In this document: one piece after another, positions 12,491-24,318 of the stretch
Position numbering within the stretch: the first letter of the stretch is position 1
Layout: the number at the start of each line of letters is the position of its first letter
Assembly: GCA_043228905.1 (NCBI GenBank)
Contig: JBHGNT010000003.1
Coordinates: forward strand, 12,276,001-12,340,000
Source: Azolla caroliniana
Lineage: Eukaryota; Plantae; Polypodiophyta
Reading direction: 5' to 3'
DNA: 64,000 nt
The notes under the pieces: model-generated
Told to the model about the DNA's origin: nothing
The model's database searches: none
Seen by the model: the letters and a program-made list of their open reading frames with translations, nothing else
Made by a program: the position numbers and the translations under genes

Positions 12491-14648
12491 AGGGTTTTCC
12501 ACGCAAACATCCTATGTACTATCCTTTGGTGTACAAGTATTCATCTCTATTGCCATTTCTGTGTTTTATTCTCAAAGAAGTGTTCTGAGACTTGGTTGTG
12601 GCCGAGCACTATTTTCTGCACAATCTGGTATCAGAGCATACAACATAGGAAATGGAAGAATCGTTCGGCGGCATGTTCAAGCTCACCAGCTCCAACTACT
12701 CAGTGTGGAAGTCGAAGATGAGGGATATGCTAGTGGTTAAAGATCTTTGGTTGCCGGTTCAGTTCAGGGACAAGAGATCGGATAAGATCGACGCCACAGT
12801 GTCGGAGGTGATGCACATGAAGACGATGGCATACATCCGGTGCTTCATCGACATGAGCATGTACAACAACTTCAATGAAGAGAGTAAGGCTCATGAACTC
12901 CGGGAGATGATCGACATCATGTTCTAAAACAAAAATGTCGTTAATCGGGTTTCGGTATTCCGGAAGTTAGTGAGGCTCCGGTACCAAGACGACTCTAGTA
13001 TGGTGGAGCACATGAATGCCTTCCAAGGGCTAATACACCAAACCACCTTGTTGGAAGTACCTCTCGCAAATGAGGTACTCGCATTACTCCTGTTCGGTTC
13101 CCTCCCGGATAGTTGGGAGACACTAGTTGTCACGTTGGGCAACGTTGGGCCGTAAGGAAAGAAGTTGTCCCTAGCAAGGGTAAAATCAAGCCTACTAGAT
13201 GAAGATGCTTGCCGGAAGGACCTGGAGTACGGAACCGATCCGAAGGCCTTGGTCATGGATGATGAACAAAACCAGGGAAGAGGCCAGTATCGGAGTCCTC
13301 AAAACCGGGATAAATCGGGGACAAGGTCGAAGTGAAGGGGGAGGCCTACTTGCTTCTATTGTGGGAAGTCAAGGAACTTCCAGAAGAACTGTCGACATTT
13401 CTGGAAAGAGAAGGAAATTGGCACTAACGATTCGAAGAAGAATTCGGACCGAAATAGTTCGGGCCGGAGAGGCCCGGATCGGAAAGGAACGTCGGCGATT
13501 GCAACAAGTGAAGAAGAACTGATGCTCATCACCGAGGACAATGAGTTAAATCTTGTAACTGATGAGACAACGTAGGTTGTCAATTCCGGAGCATCGTTCC
13601 ACTTGATTCTGGACGGGAAATGTGTCTCATCCTACACTACCGATGATCATGGTTGTGTCTTGATAGGTAATGAAGGTACATGCTGAATTGTTGGCATAGG
13701 AGATGTGTTGTTGATGACATCAACTGGATGCAAGTTGCCGCTAAAGGATGTCCGACACGTTCCGGAGGTTTGACTGAATATCAGTCGGTTGGCTAGATGA
13801 TGAAGGCTACATGGGTATCATTTGAAATAGAGTCATGAAGTTTATCAAGGGAAGCTTGATCGTGGCTTGCCCCAGAAAGATCAACACATTGTACTTGATG
13901 CATGCCCGGATATGCCGGGAAGAAGTGAACGTAGCATCTGACACTGCGGGTCAGCTGTGGCACAAGAGGTTGTGTCACATCAGTCAAAAGAGGATGAAGA
14001 GACTTGTCGAAGACAATCTCATTCTGGTGTAGGACGTGCAACTTGAGAAGTGCATCGATGGCTTGGCCGGCAAGCAAAACCAAACATCCTTCCAGTCAAG
14101 ACCACCAATGAGACGGAATGCACCATTGGAGTTGGTGCATACCGATGTGTTAATCGGCTAATTACTAACTACTACCGATACAGAAGAGTGAACGTCGCTA
14201 CTCAACGTTCTAACAAGGAATTGTGTTTTACGAACGGAATTATACTATATTAATCGGTAATTACCGTGATCGTTACTTAGTTATAAATTAGGAAGCTTGC
14301 ACTTAAGAACATAGACAATAGAAAGAACACAGAATCCGTACATGATATTCCTAACTTAAACTTATATTACTAAATAAAACGACCTTTCTTACAATGCCTT
14401 CGGTTCCCTTTTATAGGTATACCGAAGGTCTTTTCTCATCAAGAACTATTCCTACTTACTATCAAGATTTACAAAATTATCTAACTAACTTAGTTCTCTT
14501 CGTTTACTGTTGAGTCATTGATCCGAACAGTCGATCCGAACCGACTCTGTTTTCGACGCTTTCCCACTTGTTCGGTAAAATTGACTGTCCGGGTCCGGGT
14601 AACACTTGGCACGTCCGTGGGCCAGGACCTTGTCCAGCGAACCCACGC

Positions 14649-17262
14649 CTATTCCTGTAGCTCTTCATCCGAATCGTTCAGAATATCAAAAATCGAAGGC
14701 TCATCTGGCCTTGGATGTATTCCACCTATATCTTCCTCTTCATCTTCATCTGTGTCACAGTCGTCCTTCGGAGCAGGTTGTGATTCGGTTGGCTGCTCTG
14801 GTTCACTTCTTCCGGAAGCTTGAATACCAGGAGTCTTGCTGGTTCTTTCGGCTTCGATTTTATCCAACTGGACGGAAGTGCCTATATCATTTTTGTCGAA
14901 TTCTTGCATAATACGTTGAATTTCTTCTCTGTAAAATGCCGCAATTTCGTCCATATCTTTCATGATATCCTCTTGGATATTGTCAATATCCTTTTGTGCC
15001 ATTTTAAAAAAACCTGCACCTTGGACCTGACGGTTATTTTTGTCGGCACACAATAACTGTAATTCCGCCGCTTGTGCTGTCCATAACTTCCATCCTTGCG
15101 CAAGGGATTCATCGATCATTTTCTTTGCTAGGTTTCGATGTTTCCCTATGATGTGCTGCACTTTGTCCCTAGTGATGCTTGCGACGTATTGGGCGGTCTG
15201 CAACTCTTTCTGTAAATCCGTAATAGTGGTTCGGTTCTCACTTTCAGCTCGCATTAGTTTGGATTCGACTACATATATATCCAGCCGTCTTTGTTCCGAT
15301 ATCTTCCGAATTTCGTCCAGTTGTTGTTCGAATGCCGATTTCTCTTTACTCCATTCCTCCTGTTGTTCCGTCATTCTTCTGTTGACTTCTTCAAGACTCC
15401 GCTCTTTTTCTGTCAATTGACTTTCCTGTGACACTATATACCTTTCGAATTCTTCAATTTGTTCGGTATATGTATGATTGGCCGTCTTAGCTTCTTCTAG
15501 ATTTTTCTGTAATTCGTTTATTACTTGATTTTTTTCTTCGAGAACTTTGTATTGACCATTCTGAATGGTTTCTATTTGTTTTTCTAATTCTGTAGTTCGA
15601 AATACAGCATTGTTGGCCCTTGTTGTTTCTGCTTGACGTGCTTTCTCAGCGTCCTCCAATTTCTGCTGCCATTCTGACTCCGACACCATAAGCCGTGCCT
15701 GTGTTTCCCATTTGTTTAGACTTTCCTTTAGTTCTTTATTTTCTGCCTGTATGTTACAAAACTGATGTTTCAGCACCTCCGCCGATGCTGATACACTTTT
15801 GTATCTTTCAGCCATATCACTGGCTGCTTTGCGTGCCGTTTCATATTCTTTATGAATTTCGACCAGTGCTTCATGTAATGCTGGCATTTCAATAGCCTCC
15901 CCTCTATTCTGTGCACTTCTTTTCCGGCCTATTTTATCTATCTCTGCTTTTTCTTGAGGTTCCAACACTCCTCGTAAGGCTTTCTGTATCATTATTCGGT
16001 CATTATGTTCTTGAGCCAGCCGTTCTGATACTTCTGTCAGTCTTTTAGCCAACCATTCAACCAGTTCGTATGAAGTTCCGAACTGTAAAATGGCAGCTAA
16101 TTCATGTGCTGCTGGTGGGATATCCAAGTACCCATGTGCTTCCCGAATTGCTACTTTTGAAGATTGTCCTTGGTGAGGTTGTGTCGAAACGCTCTCATTC
16201 CCTGGTTTTAGTACTTCTGTTACCACAGGCGTATTCGAATTTTCCTTTGTGCGTTGCCTTTTCGGTGCTGATCCCTCACTGTTTTCTGGTTGGAATTGCC
16301 GATTAGCCTTTTGTTTAATCCTTGTCCTTTGTCGCATCTTCTCTGCTTGTTGTCGAATTTCTGTCGGCTGTTGCTTGTTTATCAAATTGTCAACTGTTTC
16401 TTGTTCGGCTGCTGGTTGCCTGTTTTCGGAATTCTCTGGTCTTGGTGGTTCCGACTGAGGCATATTCGTTTGTATATTATCGGCATGTGCCGATTCTTCT
16501 TCTATCCATTCTTCATGTACTACCTGTCGGTGTCTTCGTGGTGCTTGTACTATCGGTGGTCTTCTTGACTGAACGACCAAAAATTTGCTTCATCGGTTTT
16601 CCTGTTTTTACCCCTTGTAGCTGCTCTCTCAGAGCTTCCCCCGACAATAGTGGCCAGTTGAAATCCTCTTTTTCGTATGCGGCTATGATAAACCCAGACC
16701 TTTTTTTCGGCATGCAATAAAAACGAGGACTGACAAATCCCACCTCTAATAAAAATCTAGCCACTTCATGAAAAAACTCATCCCGGCCTCCATAAGTCTG
16801 ATATGCTTTTGCTGAGGGTGAGTATTCCCCGAAATACGATTGGAGTGCTTCTGATGAAGGTTTTTTAACTGCCTCAAAGCCTCCTCTTGGCATCTGTAAT
16901 GCATTTCGTATTTTCTTTGTGGTGATTTTGGTGATGTCCATTTGTTGTACCAATTCTTCCGCCTGCGGATGAGGTTCCGCTTCTGCTACTTTGATGAAAC
17001 CTTGTAAGTTTCTCTCATGAAGCCACAATCGCAGTTCTTCAGATACAGGAATCGGCATGACTTCTGTGTTTCCTTGTTCTGAATCACTTGTCGATAACGG
17101 TTGCAGATCTGCACAGTTTCTGTAGCGATGAAAATCAGAAAAACAGAGTTTGGGCAAACTAGGGCACGAAGGCTCAGACTGTTTCGATATCTGCACTCGT
17201 TTCCGTTGTTTTGGCGACACAGACGATACAGAAATATTCTTTAAAGATATTAACTTATGCAT
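14649..17262 (-). pseudogene. G1a accessory ORF (coiled-coil protein), split by a 44-bp frameshifting deletion at ~16575
   Basis: ORFs 16513-17262 and 14649-16580 are colinear with the single G1b ORF; the deletion is flanked by AAC microhomology. Confidence 0.88.
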
Positions 17263-17365
17263 GATGACTTAAAGAATAGTAATTGCTATTAATGTAGGAA
17301 TTAATTAGTATTCACTCTACGTGTAGTGGTTGTACTCCTTACTAATAATCATGCAATTCCTCTTT

Positions 17366-17375
17366 CTATTTATAG
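17366..17375 (-). promoter_or_regulatory. Putative internal TATA box for the accessory ORF
   Basis: CTATAAATAG ~100 nt upstream of the ATG; identical at 36364-36373 in G1b. Confidence 0.5.
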
Positions 17376-17476
17376 TCGATTCATACTGTTATGGCAAGAT
17401 TGTATTGCTGCATTTGACAAGAACTATTGAGTGAGTTAGTTAGTTTTTTTTTATTTTTTTTTTTATTTTTTATTTT

Positions 17477-20400
17477 TTACTCTTCCGTTTGAATAAACGG
17501 ATTTACCGGCATATCTCCCAAATACGGTTTAAGCCGGAATCCATTTACCCATTTCGGTAAAACCTCTCCGGTTAATGATCCCAGTTGGTACGTACCATTT
17601 TTACTATTAATTATTCATACTGGACCTGTCCATCTATACCGGAGTTTCCCAGGCATAAGTCCCATTCTCGTCTGGAATACCAATACCGGTTTCCCAATTT
17701 CGAATTGCTCTTCCGATTTCCTTCGATGTCGATTTACGAATGCCTTGATTTGTCTCTACTTGTGTTCTAGTGCTGACATTGATTGAATCCGTTCTTCTTC
17801 TAATACTAATAAAGCCTCTTTGCGTATCTGCTCCGATTCTATTTCATTTAACTTATTTGTTGCTTGGATACGAAGTGTCGGAATTTGAAATTCGATCGGC
17901 ATAACGGCTTCGAGTCCGAATGCCATTCGGAAAGGTCTTGATTTAATGGATGTTTTGTACGAAGTACGATATGCCCATAATGCACTATTTAACTTTTGAT
18001 CCCAATCAGTACGATTTTCATTCACTATCTTCTTTAAAATTGTTTGAATTGTTTTATTTGTCGATTCTGCCAATCCATTAGCTTGGGGATAGTAAGGCGT
18101 ACTTTTCTTATGAACTACGGCATAGTAATTGGTTAATTCGTTAATTAACTTGTTAATAAAATGAGTGCCTTGATTGCTTACCAATTCTATTGGGCAACCG
18201 AATCGACACCATATATACTCATACAGGAATTTTGCTGTGGATGCTGCTGTATTGTCCCTGAGAGCTTTTGCTTCAACCCATTTTGTGCAATAGTCAGTCG
18301 CAATTATGATATATCGATTACCGGTTCTTGCAGCTGCTGGTTTGAATGGACCAACAAAATCTAAGCCCCATTTCTGAAATGGCTCAAGAGGTAAAACCGG
18401 TTGAAAAGGCATTCGATCCTTTTCGGTTGGTTGCCCCATTCTTTGACACAAATCGCATTTCTTACAGTATTCGTTAGCATCTTTCATCACCGTTGGCCAC
18501 CATAACCCGCTATTCCATATTTTTCTGGCTGTTGCTTCTCCTGCGTAATGACCGCCAGCAATTCCACAATGTGACTCTGTTAATATGGCTGATTTTTCAA
18601 ATTTTCGTACTGCCCTTCGCCATATTCCATCCACTCCTTTATGATACAATATGTCATTAAATAAACAAAAATTCCGACTTCGTACTGCAATTCTTTTTCA
18701 TTCATCTGTCGACATGTGTTCGGCCGGAATTCCTGTTGATAGAAATATCGTCATTTCGGAAATCCATTCATCCTCTTTTTCCTCATTCACTTCATGTGCT
18801 TTTACTGCCTCAACCCGAAATAATTGAGTATCTGGAAAATCATCTTTAACCCCAACCGCATCTTCTCCAGACTCAAGCCGACTGAGATAGTCAGCAATCG
18901 CGTGCTGTGCTCCTGGTCGATGTATAATGTCGAATTCAAACTCTTGAAGCAATAACGTCCATCTGGCTAACTTGCCTGTCAATTGTTGTTTGGAAACTAG
19001 ATATAGTAAAGCCGAATGATCCACATGAAATGTAAATTTCTTACCCAAAAGGTAATGTCGAAATTTGTTCACACTATATATCATTCCCAAAGCTTCTCTT
19101 TCGGTTGTTGAATAGTTTCTTTCGGCCGACGAAAGTTTCCTACTGGCATAGTATACCGGCCTATACTAGTTTGGTTCGGATAATTGCATTAAAGCACTGC
19201 CAATGGCAATGTCCGACGCATCGACGAAAACATGAAATGGTTTGTTCCAGTCCGGTGGTTGAACTACCGGAACCTTCGTCAGCATCTTCTTGAGACATTC
19301 GTATGCATCTTGTTCTATACTTGTCCATATAAAAGGAACTTTGTGTACTGCTGTGTGTAACGGGATAGCAATGTCTGCTAGATATCTCATCATTCTACTG
19401 TGCCACCGAATTTGACCCAAAAATCTACTTAGAGCTTTAGCATTTGTTGGTGGTGTTGCCTCAATAATTGCTTTAACTTTGTCTGGGTCCATTGCAATCC
19501 CTTCTTGACTGACAATATGCCCAAGTAACGTACCACTCATTACTCCGAATGCGCATTTGGCTGGATTTAAGCTAAGACGCCCTTTTCGACATTTTTCTAA
19601 GCATAGCCGTAAATGCTCAAAATGATCAGCTTTCCGACTATATACTGCAAAATCATCTAAAAACACCTGCATGAAAGCTGGAATATATTCCCCGAATATT
19701 TCCTGTATTACCCGCTGAAATGTAGCTGGAGCTGTTTTTAAACCGAACATCATTACTACTGCCACAAAGACACCCCATTCTGTGACGAAGGCTGTCTTTT
19801 CCTGATCTTCCGGATTCATCCGTACTTGGTTGTACCCACTGAACCCATCCAAGAAACTATAAATTTCATGTCCCGCTACTACATCTAATATGCCATCTGT
19901 GAATGGCAACGGAAACGCATCCGTAATTGTCGCTGCATTCAATTTTCTGTAATCCACACATACGCGAATTTTCCCATTCTTTTTCGGGACTACTACTATC
20001 GGACTCAGCCATGTTGATTTTTTGACGGGTCGAATAAATCCTACTTTTAAGAGTTTATCGATTTCTTCTTTTACTTTGATAGCATAATTCGGATTCAACC
20101 TGTACCTGCGTTGTTGTACTGGCTTTGCATCTTTATGTAAATTGATTTGATGTTGACAAAAAGCGGGATCCAGACCTTTCATATCGTCAAACGACCATGC
20201 AAAAACATCTTTATATTGTAATAGTAATGTTGTTAATGTCCGTTTGTCATTTTCCGCCAAATCTCTAGCAATCAAGACTGTTTTTCTTTCAGCATCCTCT
20301 ACTCCTGCCAAATCGATCTCCTCCAATGCTGAGGCTTGCACTCTCTGAGATACCTTCATTTCCTTATCTGTAGCGTCTTGTTGCATTCGTATTTCTTTCA

Positions 20401-22969
20401 TTGTTTGCTCATCGATTGGCACTTCTTCGTGTGAGTCTACATATGGTGTTAATGCTTGCAAAATATCGACCTCAAATAGAGGGATGATTTTCTGATTATC
20501 ATCGAAATACTGACTTTCTTCTTCCTCGTCCAATCCTTCCATCATATTAACTGCTTCTGCATGTACAGGTAAACTCTGTTTGCTTGTTGTCACTTTGTTG
20601 TGCGTTGGAATCCTGACCTTAGTTTTTCCTTTCCTAAATGTTAGCACATTTTGTTTCCAATTTTGTTTAATATTAGCTGTCTTTAACCATGGTCTCCCCA
20701 ATAACAAGGGGTATGCTCCCTGTGTTTCTAACTGCAAAATTACTGCCGAAATCTGAAAACTGTGTCCCCCGATTATTACGTCCAGTTCTCGAAGCAAACC
20801 AATCGGTCGTACCGTACTTGTATCTGCCATTCGTAACCAAAACGGACATGCTTCCCATTCTGTGATTCCCAGTTTTTCACATGTAGTTTTGTTAATCACA
20901 TTAACACCCGAGCCTCCATCTATAATCACATTTCCGATTTCTTGCCCGTAAAGTATTACCTTAATCGACGGATTCTGTTCATCCATGATCGAAGGGTTAT
21001 TACTTGGCTGATTGTAGTGTACTGCTATTTGTTCGGAACCTTTATATGCAATTAATGCTGCCACTTTTTCTGTAAACCTTGGTACTAACTTAAGTAAGCC
21101 CGTAAGTGGCAATGACACTTGGCAATCAGCCAACAGTTTCCAAGTTTCTTCCTGTTCCTTATTCCCCAATGACTGTTGTACAGCGATGTCCTGGTCAATG
21201 TTATTGTCTTGTAACATTCGATTCACATTACTTTGATTTGCTTCGTCCACCCATTCTTTTGCCGGCTTCCGAACTTCTTCCTGAATTTCCCACTCTGATT
21301 GTTTGCTTTTGTTGCGTGTCGTTACTTGCTGAACTTCTGGTATTACCATATTAACTGCTGGACCCTTTCCTTTAACCGGACATTGATTAGCATAATGGCT
21401 TATTTGTCGACAAATGTAACAAGTGGGTACAAATGTTGCACTGGTCTCTCCATGTGCAAATTGGCCGTTATTAAATTGCTGCTCTTCATTACCATTCGGG
21501 TTTTGTTGGTATTGACGTGTAGCTTTTGGTTTGTAAAATCTCTTGTTTTTATACCGATTCTGCCTAAATTGTTCAGTATTATCATTTGGTTGTGCTATAT
21601 TGTGTGGTATCCCGAACTCCTGATTTGGCGGAAAATTACTCTGTTGAAACATTTGATTATTTTGTGGAACGGTTTGAGTATTATGTTGAAAGGTCATATT
21701 ACCCGGTTGAAATGTCGGATTTGGTTGAAATGTAGAATTCGGTTGCACATTCGGACAGTTCTGTTGAAACCCTTGAAATGGTGGGTTACCTTGTTGGAAA
21801 CTTTGATTATTTTGTTGAAAATATTGATTCGGATTCTATACGAATGGTGGATTGGATTGAACAAAACCTGGTTGAAATGCTTGAGTCACTTGAGTGGGTT
21901 GCATATTTTGTTGTGAAAAGATCTGATTTGGCTGTAGAACCGGATTCTGTTGTACATTTTGCTGATTTTGTGAAAAATTATTATTTTGATAACCATTGAA
22001 CAGATTAGTGTTATTTTGGTAACCATTGTCAGTAAAAATTTGTCGTACTGACGCCGTAGTCTTATTAAGCAGATTATATTCACATTGTTCTATTGAATGT
22101 AATTTTGAATGACATATTGTACAATGTGTTCTTAACGTACATTCAATTGCCGAATGCCCCGTATTTAAACAAGTGGTGCATTGAACTGCTTGTCGAAATT
22201 GTAACTCCTCTATTGTTGGTAATGTACGGTGTAATGCCGACATGTCCATACTCTGAACATTGACCGGTGGTCGACCCATTTCTATTGCTTTATCAATTAC
22301 TTGTTCGATAGTCTGATTTCGAAAATCGAACACTTTCAATGTCGTCCTTAATGGTTCTTTTACAGCTTCTAGAAAGACTTCTTTTAATTCCTTATCCGGA
22401 ATCGGCCTTGAAATCTGAAGCTGTAAGTTCTGAAATCGTATCACAAACTGAGATACTGTTTCATTTTTTTCTTGATATAACGCATAAAATTGCGCAATCA
22501 AATCCTTCTGCGGAATTTGTTGATGAAATAATTGTAAAAATTTACTAGTTAACACTTCAAAGGATGGAAATCCTTGAAGTCCGTTCTGCGCAAACCAATT
22601 AGCGGAATATCCGTCTAATGATAAGACGAACTCAGCGATTTTTGACTTATCTTCGGCATCTGCCGACAATCGCTGAGCTCCATGGTTAATCTCCCATGTC
22701 GTTAAGAAATCCCTAACATGTGCTTCCGCATCTGTTCCTTCCCGGAACTTAGAATAAGTATAAGGCATATCGTCCCAAATGTCGTAAAACGATACCTCTT
22801 CCGTCTGTTTTTCGTCTGAAGGTAATTGATCGGATAAGTCAGGAAGTTTCGACCACTTTGTGCTTGATTCCGACTGTTCTTGCGCAATGAACGCTTGCTG
22901 CACTACCTTCGTAACTGACCTTGTACGAGGGCGCTTACAACTGACCGGTGCCTCCTCTTCATACGACAT
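17477..22969 (-). pseudogene. gag-pol: G1a single-frame gag-pol (gag, PR IIDGGS, RT FLDD, RNase H, integrase) with in-frame stops
   Basis: ORFs 21836-22969, 19166-21748, 18698-19090 and 17756-18649 share one frame; stops at 21836, 19166, 18698 and 17756. Confidence 0.95.
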
Positions 22970-24283
22970 CCATTCGAATTGTTCTCTGCTTAATTGCAGA
23001 TGTAACCGGGCGTGCCAAAATTCTTCCGTGTTAATCGGCTAATTACTAACTACTACCGATACAGAAGAGTGAACGTCGCTACTCAACGTTCTAACAAGGA
23101 ATTGTGTTTTACGAACGGAATTATACTATATTAATCGGTAATTACCGTGATCGTTACTTAGTTATAAATTAGGAAGCTTGCACTTAAGAACATAGACAAT
23201 AGAAAGAACACAGAATCCGTACAGGATATTCCTTACTTAAACTTATATTACTAAATAAAACGACCTTTCTTACAATGCCTTCGGTTCCCTTTTATAGGTA
23301 TACCGAAGGTCTTTTCTCATCAAGAACTATTCCTACTTACTATCAAGATTTACAAAATTATCTAACTAACTTAGTTCTCTTCGTTTACTGTTGAGTCATT
23401 GATCCGAACAGTCGATCCGAACCGACTCTGTTTTCGACGCTTTCCCACTTGTTCGGTAAAACTGACTGTCCGGGTCCGGGTAACACGATGTCTGTCAAGT
23501 AGACATGAAGTCACATACCAGATCGCAGTACCTCATGACGTTCATAGACGACCACAACCGGAAGCTGTGGGTCTCACCGCTGAAGACAAAGGATTAGGTG
23601 CTATCCGTCTTCAAGGAGCTCCACGCGAGAGTGGAAAGAGCAACCGGCCGGAAGCTGGAGGCTGTTCGAGCAGATAATGGAAGAGAATACAGGGGGCAGT
23701 GTGAGGAGTACTGCCGGTTGAAGGGAATCCGGGTTTACCATGCTGAAGACGCCGGAACTAAACGGTCTGGCCGAAAGGATGAACCGGACCATAATGGAGA
23801 GACTCCGGAGCATGCTTGCATATGCCAAGTTACCCATGAAGTTTTGGGTTGAGGCGCTGACGATGATGACCTATCTAATAAATAGATCACCCTTAGCACC
23901 CTTGGAAGGAGACTCACCTCAGAAATTATGAACCGGTAAAGATGTATCTTACCGGCATCTGAAGCTGTTCGGTTGACTCGCAAATGTTCTTGTTGCAAAG
24001 GAAAAGAGAGGAAAACTGGATCTAAAGACCTGGTCATGCATATTCCTTGGATATGGTGATGATGAGTTCAGTTACCGGGTGTTTCGGAGTTGGGACATAG
24101 TGTTCAGGTAAGACAGGATCATTGCTGACTGGGAGTCAGAGAAGAAGATGATGAACTCCGGATCATCCAAAGAAAATCGGTTTGAGGACACAAGGACCTA
24201 CCTGGTCGAGAACCGGATGTTGGCCGGAAACTGGAGGACACTTGACGAACCGGCCGGATACGGACAAGAAACCAAACTAACCA

Positions 24284-24318
24284 AAGAAGAAGAAGAAGAA
24301 GAAGAAGAAGAAGAAGAA
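24284..24318 (+). repeat. (GAA)n microsatellite (poly-Glu) in copia B
   Basis: ~11 GAA units. Confidence 0.9.

Larger units (their letters stand above)
14148..23485 (-). mobile_element. G1a, full-length non-chromovirus Ty3/gypsy with a 3' accessory ORF
   Basis: 457-bp LTRs 14148-14604 and 23029-23485 (TGTTA..TAACA, ~3 differences); TSD CGATG/CGATG; PBS TGGCACGCCCGGT 23005-23017. Confidence 0.96.

Noticed and set aside
14605-14623. Reading TGGCACGTCCG as the true PBS of a plus-strand element with antisense gag-pol
   Set aside because: The LTR TATA (CCTATAAAAGG), gag-pol and a better tRNA-matching PBS are all on the minus strand; kept instead as the PPT-replacement finding.
14649-16580. Host myosin/SMC-like gene or env gene
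   Set aside because: It lies inside paired LTRs in several copies and has no motor or ATPase motif, no introns and no evident transmembrane helix.
21748-21840. Programmed gag/pol frameshift or readthrough in G1
   Set aside because: Gag and pol are in the same frame, and the TAG at 21836 is CAG in G1b, so it is a private mutation.
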